A stretch of 63,799 nt of DNA, filler included, from Phoronis australis (GCA_002633005.1; 8 parts of 8 records of this genome joined end to end with filler, not necessarily neighbours in it); one strand, 5' to 3'. Counted from the whole stretch's first letter, positions 36,170-50,380 are shown. A program made the numbers and translations. The notes: generated by a model from the sequence alone, not told the origin.

Positions 36170-37209
36170 ATTTTGGCCAGCGACCTGAAATGTAGAATTA
36201 TTTTAGTTGTTATTTCACAAAGTGAGCCAATGAATCGACAAAACGACTCACAATACTTCTGATTTTACGTTTAGTTATTTTCGGTTTTCCACGACTGCAA
36301 GTTTAATTTAAAACATTATAACCCATCACCAATAGCAGCCTCAAGAAACTTAAGGGCACATTTATTTGAACAATCCTTACGGCAGTGTACCTAGCCAGGG
36401 ACTTCAAAGTCACACCTTTTCAAAATGTCCCCCTTCAAAAAATAACGTCCACAAAAGTGGATCCCACTAAAGCTGACATTGCTATTTGTGCTATGACATG
36501 CAGTTACTAAGACCTATTTTTCGTTTGAAAAGTATGTGTTTTGACAACACAAACAAAACACATTTTTTCATATCGAAACCGATACCAGGAAATGGTGAGT
36601 CACCAGTCCATGATCAAGCGAGTGTTCGTGAACTCCATTGTACATACGTCTACATATGAAGGATATGCAAGTCTTCACGAAATTGAATCTATATTTAATG
36701 AACAGAGCAATCTGAAGAAAATGATTACAACTATGTAATGGACATCCAAACACATGTATGAACTAAATTTTTGCACAAGGTATTGCCAAGTTAGACTGCA
36801 GCCTTGCCGGGTTAGTTAGGCCTAAAAATGTTTCAAGCCATATACTACGTTCAAGCATACTTTTACCGTCATCGACAATGCTAAAATCGTAGGCATTTCT
36901 ACAATTTGAGATCGAATAGCGCACTCCTCTTGGTCGACATCAGATTTGAGAAGGCGGGGCACTACGATAAAAAGAGCAGTCGAACGTAAACGCCAGGCGG
37001 AGTGCGCGATGAATTTCGGTTGCTATAACTCACAAACTAGCCCCCACAACACTTTGTTGAAGTAACATGGAGTATCGCAATAATATATAATAAGTGCATT
37101 TCGCGTTGCGTCCAAAAGCGGGACGATTTGATGGAGTGGCGGGATGGCGAGACAAACCGCAAAAGAGTGTGCAGTTGCCAAGTATGGTGCGTCCAAAATC
37201 TATATAGTC

Positions 37210-37620
37210 CGGCTACCTATTTTCGTCAGGCTCCAAAGTTCGTCCGCCATCTTGTTTCGCGTGCAGCGCAACCACGCGGGACTTAGCGTACTATTCAGAT
37301 CATAACTTTGAAGTGGAATAATTCGGCGAGTACAACAGCAAGTCGGTTTTATGCTTAGGCGGACGAACATTGGGTTCCCCAGTATACACAAAGGAAGGTT
37401 TAAACAGATTTTGACGTCGAAATTTAGTTTTGTAAAAGGTAAAGAAGAAAAAAAAATACAAAACGGTTTTACAAACCTGAGAATAGAAAGGCTCCACCCA
37501 GCAGTCCAACAGGTTTGAAAGATCCGTCCATACGCTGCGGCGTCAAGTGAGGCTGTGGCGGGAATGATCGTCTGAAAAACAAAACACCCCACGCAGCTCT
37601 TCAAGTGGCCAATCAATGAT
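37210..37620 (-). promoter_or_regulatory. Candidate promoter / first non-coding exon of the TRIM-NHL gene
   Basis: CpG-rich patch with a YY1-type AAGATGGCGG on the minus strand (about 37243-37252), donor-like AG|GTAGCC at 37217/37216, and a CCAAT at about 37609. The link to the gene is inferred. Confidence 0.3.
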
Positions 37621-38799
37621 TCAGAAGCCTTTCGTGTCACGCCGTGGTATACAGTCATGCTATTTGAGATTATATATAGGTCATTGGTCATGTTGCTATT
37701 TATGGAGGACTACGTCAACTACCGTGAGGGTTCCATGCTATGAAAATACTTGCAAGGAAATCACGGGAATTTTCGCTCGTCCTTCTGAGCGGCTTTTACT
37801 AGGATCAACAAGAGCACGGCGCCGGAGTGGGATACAGTTGTGATGACCGCAATGTCCGGTGCGAGCAAGACCCACTTAAGTGTAATTACCCCCACCGTAA
37901 ACCGTAGAAAACATCTCTGCCTGTGCATATTGGCGAATTTTCAAAATGTATTAGCAATAAGTTTCATAAAAAACGAATACCACGGCGGTATTCAGATGGA
38001 TAAAAGAATCAAGTAAGGTTTTCGATTTTTAAAAATCCAGGAACTAATAAGCTAAAAACATTGGGTGCGTATTGATATACTCGTTGGATTTACAAACGCT
38101 GGTCGGAATTAACAATATCAAATGCATTATTCTTTTACTATTCTTTCAATCTCGTTTAACCAGATTTTTTACTAAGAAAAAGATGTAGTTAATTTGTGTC
38201 CACTCTTCATTTTGTATGACTGACATCAAGCTAAAATAGTTAATCAGTGCAACCGAAATTGTCCACAGATTCCAAATCTTCAGTTTGGCCACCACCATAT
38301 TTGCACTTTTGTATGAATTTTATGATTTGAGTTCTAATAAAGATTAAACTTGAACTAGTGACGTGTAGTTTTGTTTGCTGTGAAATGTTTACTGTAGGTG
38401 TAATATGGAAAGTTCACGGATGGGTTCAAACTTAACTTAACTAATTAAGTTTTGCTGGCGATCAAAATCTACCATCGTTTTGGTACTTCAAGTTTAAAAT
38501 AAAATGAAAAGATATCAACCCGTTCCCGGTAAGAAAAAAGGAATATTAAAAATGCAAAAACATAAACCGGTATGAAACATATTTAAAGCCATCTCTCCTT
38601 TAGGAAGTGTCCCTTTGCCAAGATAAACACAAATAAACTTTTTTAGTCTTTTAGTTAAAACTATTGGCAAATGTCATAGAAAACCAATTTGGGTGAGACA
38701 GTAGTGCTAGCTATTACCTCAGTTTCCACTTCTTTAGATCATATCAACAAAAAGGGCGTGCTCAATAGGCATCATAAAAGTTGTCTGGGGCTAAGGGAA

Positions 38800-39507
38800 T
38801 CTGAGTGGTGGCCAGTGTCAGCGAGAAATTGTTCACATGTAAACATTTCCCTCGAAAATAACAATCCCCCAAGACAAATGAATCGCGTGCAGGAAGTGCT
38901 ATCTCATGGACAGGACAGAGGTCTGTATGTACGGTGTTCGCACGCGGGCGAAACTCACTCCTTCTGGCATGCCTGTGAATTGTTTTGTCCAAACCCAACC
39001 ACTGCCGGAACAGGGGCGGGACCCTGTCCCCTACAAAAGCCCACTTGTAGTTATCTCCTCAGTCGTAATTCATGCGTTTGTGACTGAAGCGCCCTCTAGT
39101 GATGGAGAGTTCAGTCAAGGCTATGTCCGCTTCCAGAAGCCAGAGTGGTCAATTATATCTAAATAAAAAGGGGCGTCCATTCTTGAATCCCCACAAAAAT
39201 ATTTTGTCGGTTGGGGGGCGAGAGTCTCTTCTGCACCGTAGAAATGTGCATGTGAATGAAGTTGCCATAACTAGGGTGGAGTGTGCAAACAAAACTCCTA
39301 CGGTAGACTGCGAGAGTGTCGAAAGGATGGTGCCTCCTCATTTGGTATCATATTGATCGTGAACGCAGTCGAGGGACTCGACCCTTAAGAGACTGCCAAG
39401 GTTAAAGCACTGATTTTGAATTATGTTGATGTTTTTGAGGGACCGAATGGAGAGTTGGGTCTCACCGATACAGTCCGACATAAAATCCATACTGCGGACA
39501 ACCATCT
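38800..39507 (+). mobile_element. Ty3/Gypsy pol relic (protease-RT linker region)
   Basis: About 39403-39507 translates KALILNYVDVFEGPNGELGLTDTVRHKIHTADNH, the typical motif just upstream of Gypsy RT. Upstream frames are degenerate. Confidence 0.65.
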
Positions 39508-41579
39508 CAAGTTAAATATACTGACCTCGGTAAAGAATTTGAGAGGGAGCTTATACATGTAGCTGAACGCTTAAAACTTTTGCGAATTGTAAAACACGAA
39601 CCAGGCCCTATCGTCCACAGAGTGACAGTATAATTGAGCGTTTTAACCGAACTGTTCTGCAGAGGCTGAATATGCATCCGCGCANNNNNNNNNNNNNNNN
39701 NNNNNNNNNNNNNNNNNNNNNNNNNNNNTTAATTAATTAANNNNNNNNNNNNNNNNNNNNNNNNNNNNNNNNNNNNNNNNNNNNAAAATGTCTTGATGTA
39801 GACGGGAACGGATTGCTACTTTTATTACTTTTCGTTGCTTCTCGCGCCACCTATTAGCAGTCTCAGCTCGAAATGTATGATGTACATGTATTATTCAAAG
39901 CATTTTAGAAGCATGAGCTGGAAAATTGTTTCAGTCAGTTCAATACTTATTATGGCGGACAAGACCGTCATCTAATCCGTCTAAACTGTTCCTTTTAATG
40001 GCAATATTTTTATTGATGTGTGAAAATAAATGGCCAAGTTTTAATAATGTAATAGTCGCTCTTGTTTGTGGTCCTGCTATCGGCGTGTTTTATTAGTGTA
40101 TTATTAGTACATGTAGTTGGAATCTCGTTTACACTGCAATATGTCGAACGCGATTAGAAGACGGACGTGGACAACTAAACATGGAGATTGTAGCAGACAG
40201 AGCAATGCATTGTGGGAAATTCATGAAAGTACTGTAGAAGTCAATACGTGGTATTATTTCCTCGATGTGGTGAAAAGTAACCCTCTAAGTTCATTTGATG
40301 TTCGGAGAAACTCACCTACCTGTGCACGAGTTAAATCGAATCTCGTCCGTGAATAACTTAAAGGCCAGCGTTCTCTAATGGTGCTCTCCTGCTGAATAAA
40401 AAATGTGATGAGCGCACTGAGAAAACTGTTAAAGCCAAGGTTCCGATAACCACCGTGCAAACACAACAGTCTGAGTAACACTTCCAAGAACTATTGATTC
40501 ATTGTCTCTCATTGTGGGTTTCTAAAACCGCTACAGAAAGCGATTATGATTTCTTGTTCACAGTAAGTTGATTGAGATCCACATTTGTAACCACTATTTT
40601 CTTTTTTTGCCAGCCAGATTTCCGACTGAATTGAAAAGAAAATAATTCGCAGGGACATACATGTACTGTGTTCTATAATACATTTAACGTGTGTAGGCCT
40701 CATGTTCTGAATGCAAACCCGGGTTACAGTAAAGATACAAATTATGCCGAGTTCCGAGTAGGCTAGACACCCTGAGACTTAGGCCTACTATCGATCGGTA
40801 GTGAGGAACAAATTGGTGGTTAGTTGATTCCCGTCACCATAGCCGCTCGTCCAGGCATTGGCATGTTGGATTTTAATGTTCTGGAGTCACCGTTGAATGT
40901 TTCGCAATGGGGTCTCTTGGTTCACATATGACACACCACGTAAACGGTTGTAGGCCTATGTCGGTTCATCTGGGGAATGGAGAAATGCAACAGATTTTTT
41001 GTGATGCGGAAGTCGTCATCTTTAACCAATCAAATGGTCTTCATGGTTCACCATAGACTAGCATGCCAAGAATTGCACGGTGACACTTGGCTTACCTCAA
41101 ATTTCAACAGCTGCCTGGTGGTTGCTAATTGATTCACTTATGTTGCATAACCAGCAGAAGTAATAAGGAGCATATAATTGCAACACTAAAAACGTTTTAG
41201 ACTGTAAAATTCACATTTCGTGTCGAATTTTCAAAACTCAACCTCTAATGACTTGTGCTGCTCGCTTACTTCTCAAATATGCTCTTTACAAGGTTTCAAA
41301 GCCCAGCCTTAAAATTTTCGCACCCAATGTGACGATAATGGGTTTCATTATCCAGAGAACGATAACACCAGCAGCCTGGTCTCAACCACAACAGCACTGT
41401 GTCTTTGATCTGAACCTGGAGATTCTGAAGTACGCAAACCCGGTGGTCGAGTTCCCCAGTCTCCACCGCTTAGGCTGTCAGTGTAGGATACTTATCGTGA
41501 TATTTTTTAAGTGTTCACCCTTCTGACCGGGCATAAGCTGGGGGAGAGAGAGGATCGAGTCAATGTGTGCGTCCCATAG

Positions 41580-41829
41580 CATGCGCGCAGGCAGAGTTGT
41601 TCATGGGGCTCAAAAGAGCCCCCCAATTTGGTGAAGTGGGCAAAAAGGTCCACTTCAGAGAAACAAAATGTCCGAGAAAACTGGGCAATATTCCACTAAA
41701 AAGGCGGAGACGCAAAGTTCACAGTTCTGAATGTGGTGACCCTTTTTAGCCCTCCCACTTTTTTATCACCAAAATGTACACATGGCCAGAAACTCGAGTC
41801 CCCTATATTAAAGGCTGGGTGCGCGCATG
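41580..41829. mobile_element. MITE with probable 6-bp TSD
   Basis: TIRs CATGCGCGCA(GGCAG) / (CTGGG)TGCGCGCATG, flanks CCATAG / CCACAG. Confidence 0.6.
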
Positions 41830-42570
41830 CCACAGTCACAAGGCGATTTGCGCACGGTAAGTGTCCCTTGACTCCCAGATTTTGCGGCATGCACCCCCAC
41901 CGACTCTACACGTTGGATACACTTTTCATGGCGAGGTGACGAGCAGAGCTACCCGGACAGTATGCAATTTCTAGATCTGGCGGCGCTGAACACACATTGA
42001 TACCTCGCTGTATTTTTTACGATGGTCTTCTGACTGGCGATACATGTGCAGGTGCAATCATGAACATAAGAACTGAGATAAATTCGTGATCCCTCGAACA
42101 AGGTAACTTATGACATAGACCACTCGTACTGCAACGAAATGTGCCAAACATGTAACATGTTTCTTACTCATGTGAGAAGAAGTAATTTCGATATGGGAAA
42201 GCCANNNNNNNNNNNNNNNNNNNNNNNNNNNNNNNNNNNNNNNNNNNNTTAATTAATTAANNNNNNNNNNNNNNNNNNNNNNNNNNNNNNNNNNNNNNNN
42301 NNNNTAGCCACCATCTGCCTGAAGAAGGCCTTCATTTGTTCTACTCTTTACAATAAAACAAATAAAACAACATTGAAATATTATTTTTATGGTTCTACTC
42401 TGAATGCTAAATAATTAGAAATTGGGAAACAATATTACTTTGACAGGTCCTATGCCAACCATTCTGGAGTTGTATGGATTAAGTAATTTGAAAAACTCAA
42501 AATAAGAAAACATGCAAAAATGCCATTCCTTACGGTAGTATAAAGCCCGTTTAGTGCAGAGCTACTTCCC

Positions 42571-43010
42571 AACACTACACGCTGTACTCGACCACTACAC
42601 ACTACTCAAACACTACGCACTGTACTCAAACACTATGCACTGTACTCGAACACTATGCACTGTACTCGAACACTACACACTGTACTCAAATAATACGCAA
42701 TATTCTAGAACAGTATGCACTGTACCCGAACACTTGCATTGTACTCAAACATTAAGTACTGTACTCAAACACTACACACTGTACTTTAACACTATGCACT
42801 GTACTCAAACACTACACACCGTACTCAAACACTATGCACTGTACTCTAACACTATGTATTGTACTCGAACACTACACACAGTGAACACTATACACTGTAC
42901 TCGAACACTACGTACTGTACTCAAATACTATGAACTGTACTTGAACACTACCCACTTTACTCGAACACTATATACTGTACTTGAACAATGTACACTGTAT
43001 TTGAACAGTA
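42571..43010. repeat. 20-bp minisatellite, about 22 degenerate copies
   Basis: Consensus CACTGTACTCRAACACTAYR repeated head to tail; it explains the spurious 173-aa ORF. Confidence 0.9.
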
Positions 43011-43705
43011 AGCAGTATTCACATACAGTTAGAAATCTTATAGAACAGAAAAAGTGTGTTCACATAGTTACATAATTTTCCCCATTACTAAATATTTTTG
43101 CCCGTCCAACTAATTACTACATTGGTGGCCATTTTGTTAATGTATGTTAGAAGCCCACCAGTCCAAACTTGAACACCAACTAATTTAAACCAGCAATTCA
43201 AACTTTAAAGATAAACAATTTAAACTTGTAGGTAAACAATCAAAAACCTGAAGGTCTCGAGTAAAAATTTGAAGACCAACACAACAGCGGTAGCTTACTC
43301 TGGCACTCCACAGCGTTTTGCCCCAGGTACGTCAACAGTCCGATGCTCTTCTCGTATTTTTCCTTTTCTTGACGTTTCTCCTCTTCATGCTCCTTGTTCT
43401 TTCCTGTTCTCATTTTCTACAACAGTTAGACGAGATTACTATAACTATAACTCATTTACATATCTCTCATTAACAAAATGAATTTCATTAACGTTACTAT
43501 GACTACAACCTACATCCTACACTAATGTGGCGTAAAACATTATTGACAACACTGTGCATTTATCCGAACATACAATAAAACTATGATAGAATTTAACTCA
43601 GAAAAAATATACATTTTCCATAAGAAAGCCTCTAGAATTTAATTTTTCATTATTAAATAAGCTCTCCCCATATAAAACTAGATTCTTAGGTGGGTAGACT
43701 AAGAT

Positions 43706-43788
43706 CAGTAAGTAGTCCATTTCGGGGTTAGTTTCACTAGCCCAGTAAGCAGTCCATTGTGTGGTTAGCTTCACTAGCCCAGTAAGCC
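43706..43788. repeat. ~37-bp tandem repeat, about 2.2 copies
   Basis: cagtaagtagtccatttcggggttagtttcactagcc / cagtaagcagtccattgtgtggttagcttcactagcc / cagtaagc. Confidence 0.7.
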
Positions 43789-46746
43789 TGTTGGTTAGGG
43801 ATCAACAAGCATAAAGAGGGAAGACTGGGACTACTCAACAAAGGAGCAGCACTGGCAACGCATAAGTTTCTCTTTTATTTTGTCGTAGTTTACTGATTTT
43901 TGTCATTCAGAGTCTGAAAAAGCTCAACTTTTGATGGAAGATGCAATTTCATAGACCATTGTGCCAAAAACGGCATGTACAGCGTGTAGTTTTTGTTAAA
44001 ATTTAGGTATAATTATTGCTACTCACTAGCATCCATGACGCTGTTCCTTAATACTTAAATAAAGAAGTCAGCCATGTAAGTCTAGGAGCTGTGATAACTG
44101 TCTACTCAAATCCCAACCTGGAAGATTAGCAATCAGTGTTGACGGTTGGGAATGAGACGTACCTCAAACTTGATTTTAAACCAATATGCTAATGATTTTG
44201 TCATGTGACCATGTATTTTGAAACAAATTAGCAAAAAAAGGTGCATTTGTACCAAAAAACTGTATCACTAAAACATGACCAAGTTTCATTTGACATAACT
44301 GTTCCAACTGAAATCTCAATGCAGTTACCATTTCCAATGTATCATTTCATTTCCATCTTATGCTATAATTTAAATTTTTCACAAAAATCATTTGATATGC
44401 AAATCTGGGTCATTTCAAAAACAATCCCATTGTATAAATAAAAACTTTCTCAGGTCTCCAATCAGCCATTTCCACAATATGCCAATTAAGGATATTGTTC
44501 TAAGGTCCTACATACCCTCTCAACAAACAACACACTACAGTAACGCTTCTCTGATAGCAATTGAACACAGAGAAAGAAGGCCTACCCAACACCTCAAAAT
44601 AAAACAGATGATGGGAATCTTACACTGGGAACTTGATAAGAAACATGCAGACTATGCTCTCTACAGCCACTCCCCTAGAAACAAGTTAAAAGAGCTACAA
44701 AGTTAAAAAAAACACACCTCCACTTAAGCATTCTAGTTGGCACATGTTATCACATGACTACCTAACACAATACATTAAACATCTCAAAATGAATGACAGC
44801 GGATGATTGTACCACATCATTAGGACATTTAAACCATTAATTTGATAGGCTTTTTGTGGCATCAGCGAGATTTTAGACATCTGTAACACAATTAACACAG
44901 GCCCGTGATTTTTGCAAACATTTTTAAGGTCTGGTCAGCATACCACCTGTTGACCACATCGTGTCACCTAATGAATATGAAATGATTTCTGCCCCAACCG
45001 AGACTCAAAGCCCGGACCCTCTACTAATATTTTCAGACTTATATTCGTTAGGTCACGAGATGTGGCCAATAGGTGGCATGCTGACCAGACTTACAAATGT
45101 TTGCAATCTACATTTTCCATGCCATTTTAAGATTTACAATATTTTCGCGTCAGTGATATTTACAGATTTTGGTCCTATGAAAACCATGTAACAGCAATTA
45201 GGAGAAACTGATCAACCGTGAAGTAAAGAAGGTCTGGAGTAAAGTCAAAATTGACTCACATCAGATTCATATTCAGAGAAGAAGTTTATATGGTGACTGG
45301 TTCCTGATTCGACAACTGGCAGTTTATCCTCATGTATCTGACTGTCGTTGCGACCTCGGTCCTTTGCTCTCTTCCGTAACAAAGCAGTCCGCGCTTCTTG
45401 CTCCTGAGAAGAAAAATTGATAATTTTTTTCCCACAAATACTTAGTAAATGACATTTTTAAACAGTCAGGTACAATAAATCTGTGGTGTTTGTCAAAAAC
45501 AGACTTTTGATCTTTGCCACTTTCCGTTACATGAACAGTCTCATCTTGTTCCACAATCCAACCACAATGATTTCTAAGATGTAGAAGAACTGACAGGCCA
45601 TTATAGTTTTAAACTAGGCCCATGCACAGCAGGTTAGATTCAGGCTCCGATGAGGGCAAGAAGAATGTCTTGGAAATTCCAGACTATTTAATAGAATCAT
45701 TCCCGTGAGAAATCGCCCGAAATAAACCTTTAGTTTTTCAGACAAACTTATACTAGGAAAATTGTTGCATAAGGACACAAATTTGGTGGTGTTCTTAGTA
45801 CAATCAAATTTCACACGATTAATCCTAAGGATGCAGTTAGGCCACGCCCACCACAGTTACCTGACTGCAATGTCCCACAAGCACAAAACAANNNNNNNNN
45901 NNNNNNNNNNNNNNNNNNNNNNNNNNNNNNNNNNNTTAATTAATTAANNNNNNNNNNNNNNNNNNNNNNNNNNNNNNNNNNNNNNNNNNNNAATGTTTTT
46001 GGCTTTACATCTTATTAAAATTTATACATCGTCTTGTTGCCGTGTCCATTATTAAGGGCCTGATCAGGAAAAATAGACTTTGGTCTTCACTAACCATTTC
46101 TGAACATTTTGAGTAGTACAGAACCCGAAACCCAGGTCATAACAGCGCAACTGTAAATCCATGCAATTAGAACGCTTTCAGTTTGCATGTGAGCTTAATT
46201 TGTGTCGTGTAGCCAGATCGCCTTACGTTAGCTGATCTGTGGTCAATACCGTTAATAAAAAATACGACTGCAGCATACTGGCACTGGAATGGACGCCGTG
46301 AAAACGAAGACAATTCCGATAATTAATCGATTGAGTGATCAGTGACAGTAGACTTGGCATGATAAAACTGAACGGGGAATTTTAATATGAACTACGACAA
46401 TACTGCGATGTGATGTAGGCTTACAATAGAAAATATTTCCGAATTTTAAGCCATTTAGTAAAATAGCAGAATTGAACACCAGCTGATCAAATTTCTGAGA
46501 TGGCCATCGGTATTTCTGCGATAACTGTAAAAAATGACTTTAGCAATCTTGATTGTTTGAGCAATGACATAATTACCTAGGAATAAGAATAAATCGCTTA
46601 CTGAGAGACGAATTAGTTGGATGTAGACGTTTCGGCCTGGAGCGCCAGGCCTTTGTCGATGAGGGGTTTCCCGCCTTTCGCGTAGTGAATATGTTGGAGT
46701 ACCTAAAGTTTTGGCAAGGTAACCTGTTGAATGTTACAAATGGCAG

Positions 46747-47404
46747 TGTCACGTTTTTCCCCGTGTGTGAGTGGGCGCAGGTTGTTACTGACCGGTGCTA
46801 ATACCTTTCGGTGCGACGATAGACTGAAGACTAGTTCGAGTAAATAACTTTTATTAATCTCGACCTCACGTTCACAAGCCTACTCAAACAAAACGTCCGA
46901 CGTAATAGCTGTTCTACGCTCCAGCCAGTGCTGCGAAGCCTTGGCTTGTGATGAACTTCTGAGACACGTTCGGCGACTCAATTGTAACTCTCCAGTAACT
47001 GACATTCAACTTTTTACTCCTTCAACTATCAACTGTTGAACTCTGAACTGTTGAACTTTGAACTGTTGAACTCTGAACTCTTGATTAACTAAAACTGACT
47101 AATACAAACCCGTGCCTAGGTATTGATAGACTAATGCAATGTTCTAGAACTTTTCACCAATTCAAGCACATTCTAGAACTTTCCTGAATCTACCCAATCA
47201 TTCTACAAACATATACTAGTCTCTACAATATTCTAGATTACATTAATCACTCACGTGCTAGAGACTTCTAGAAAGTTACACACTAATCTGTAGTAAACAA
47301 ATTACATCATCACTGTACTGACCTCACGGGTCATGCCAATCATAACACAAACAGAACAACAAAACAAAATAAAACCAAGAACAGTGTCAGTCCAAACTCT
47401 GACA
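46747..47404 (-). mobile_element. Solo LTR (658 bp)
   Basis: TGTCA...TGACA termini, 5-bp flanks GGCAG / GTCAG (one mismatch), AATAAA on the minus strand near 46850, and internal short tandem repeats (aactgttgaactctg). Confidence 0.65.
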
Positions 47405-48935
47405 GTCAGGTGAAACTGTGCCAGGTTGTATCGACGTAAACGAAAAAAAAACGCTGGAAATTCATTATATACGTGTACGCCTCACACAGGTTAAGCAGTT
47501 GCCACAATTTGTAGGTCCACACCGCCAATGCAGATGGATAATATCTCTGGTAACCAATTAGTCAATGACGAATTCCGACCAATTTGTCTTACGACATATG
47601 TCTGCAGTACAGCTGCGCTATTGATTGTGGACTTATTCAAATCATTTAAGCTACCAAGATACCATGTGAGCGGTTCGCAACGACAGGGCCCAAGGGCGTC
47701 TCTAAAAGAATTGTCAGGCATTTTTATCTAGTCTGGTAAAGCAACAAGTCCCCAGTATTGGGTGTTTTTATCGACTGTAAATAACCGGATCTGATCAGAT
47801 AAGATCATGACAACAAATGTAAACCGACTACGTAGTCAAACCACACACGTGAAATGTACGGAGTTGCTGGTAAATATGGCGACTCTGAAAAAGATATGGT
47901 CTTAATCATAATACAATGAAATGGGGTTTTTGTGCTCGTCCGGTGTCCGGCGCCGATAGTGATATTTAAACCTCTTTTTCAATGTCTACCAAGTTCCTTG
48001 ATGGATGTTCATGAAATTTGTTCTATCTGTCTGGCTACAGTGGCGTCCCTAGTGGCAATTTTGTTTTTTTTTTTGGCAGATGCAATGCTGCCTACCAATT
48101 AAGTTCACCCGGGTTCTGATTCTGTAGGCAGATCTCGAAATAATTACGTGAATGTGGTGTGCGTGTTCTTTGTCTGTTGTACATTGCTTCTGTGTCCGCT
48201 AATCCGCTTGAGGACTCATCATGATTTTAAATGTGTTCCTGTTGGGGAGAGCATGTTCGTCATCATCTTTCTGACATATCCAACTACAGTGGTATCGCCT
48301 CATGACAAAATTAAATTCCTTTGTCTCGATATCTACCAAACTTTTCATGGATCTTCGGCTTAAGTGATCCAACTGATAGCGCGGATGCCATTCANNNNNN
48401 NNNNNNNNNNNNNNNNNNNNNNNNNNNNNNNNNNNNNNTTAATTAATTAANNNNNNNNNNNNNNNNNNNNNNNNNNNNNNNNNNNNNNNNNNNNCTCTGT
48501 GTGTTCAGATTGAAAGAGGTGGCGCAAACAGAAGCACTACACTTTGACTTTAAGCGTGTAACAATTTCATAGACCTTTCTGGCCATTTCGCAGGCCTTTT
48601 TGGTCATTAAATCACGCTTTACTTGAGACACAGTTGAACTTGCCTTCATACACCATGCTCACTAAAAGATGGCGCAAGAGTTGGTTTGTGATGCATGTGA
48701 AGACTGCGAATGGTGTTTGCTTGATTTTTGAATCTGTGCCAGCTGTTGACCCCTTGACCCACTTTTTGCTCCACCCGATTTAATTAGTATTTTTTGCCGT
48801 CTGAATCGGTCTATATCCACATCGCCTCGCATACGGTCGACCTCACCTTGCCGATAGGTATCGCGTCCACCTGTGAGGAAGGTGAGAAACGACGCAGTGA
48901 CGTCAGTGGTTCATTTTGCGGAGCCTAATGCTGCT

Positions 48936-49142
48936 ATGTGGCGGTGCATCGTTCCAGCCTGTCCGAACTATGCAGCTGCGAGGAAAGCGGGTATATCGTT
49001 TTTTCGACTTCCTCGAGAGTCCGAAATGCTTAAGAAGTGGCTCGCGGTAGTGAAGAATGAAAAGTACGCTGTAAATAGTAAGTATGAGGCCGTGAAACAT
49101 CTCCGTGTCTGTGGCCTGCAGTCGTCGCGGGACAGTGCCTGA
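48936..49142 (+). pseudogene. THAP zinc-finger relic (transposase N-terminus)
   Basis: MWRCIVPACPNY...GISFFRLPRESEMLKKWLAVVK...HLRVCGLQ: C-x4-C, FFxxP, W and VC motifs are present. The final His-Phe is lost here but retained as CRRHF in the 3241-6652 copy. Confidence 0.75.
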
Positions 49143-50380
49143 CGAAAATGCCGGCTTACCAAATAACTATCCATACATTCCGTTGTCTGTCAGAGCTTGT
49201 TCACGGAGCCTCTTTAGAAGTTCTTCATCACTGTATTCCTATTCGAACTGATAGCATGTGAAACGTAACGATCGATCCACCTGCGAAGTCTTCGTCGGGA
49301 TGAGCTCTCGATCATCTAAATCGGGATTGCGAGTTGCCATGTCGACGTTTAATATTGAGCGTTCTGTTTCAAAATGAACTATTCTCACCCTTATCAATAC
49401 TTATACAAAACTGAAACAAAGTCTGTCTCATTAGATGCAATTTGTAATGCCTTTGGAATGTTCGTGAGTGCAAATGATTTGAGAAGTCATAAATGAATAA
49501 ATCACTGCGTTACCTGCTTTAGGTGCAATAAAACTAATTGACGGGACACCGAGGCCATGTGAGCTCATGCTAATTCAGTGCTTGCTGACAGAAACTGTTG
49601 TGAAACAACTCGATTTCTATCCCACGGCCAGGTGTTAGGGATATCTTTATTTACATTTACCTTATTCAAATAATGATCGTCAATGCACAACTTGTGCCCT
49701 GACGGTTCTGTGGCCAAAGCGGAACCTGAATTCCGGCGCGGCCACCAACGGGTAAGTAGATATGCAGTTACGTGGCTAATTCACCAACATAACCACGTGC
49801 ACTTTACTTCTTTGGCTCACTAGTATAGTATTTTTTGAATGGTAGTTTAGTTTCAACTTTGGATGGTTTATTTTCGTGATGTCTGATCGGTTTCCGAGCC
49901 ATGACTGGCCGGAATAACGATCAGTCCGGCCGCGACGGGCCTGATCGTGCTCCGAGCCACTGACCAGGATAACAAGCGTTTTGCTGTGTTTAGAACTAAA
50001 AAATCACAAGTCTAAACAACACAAATCTAGGTTCTCCTGTGTGTATCTCACGGAAAAATACTTCGAATTATTTTCTTTCTAATAGACCCCAAACTCTTTG
50101 TAGGCTAAGGTGTGTCCAAACTCCAATAAATCCGTAACAACGAAATAAAACAACACGTTTTTATAAAAACTCGGTATATTAAGGGTTTTACATCGAAGTT
50201 TGGTGATTTATTGGTGTTAAAAGATGAATTTCAAGCAATAAGCTGACACCAGTAACCCGTGTTGTGAACTGCTGAACAGACCGTTGCGTGTGAAACCAAT
50301 TACGTCATTGGATAATTTCAACACTTCCGTCTGCCGTCAGGTGTCAGATAACGCAACCGTATGTGCCGTTATGGAGTAGA

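Noticed and set aside
42554-43075. 173-aa H/Y/T/C-rich repeat protein
   Set aside because: It is the translation of a 20-bp minisatellite whose period is not a multiple of three.
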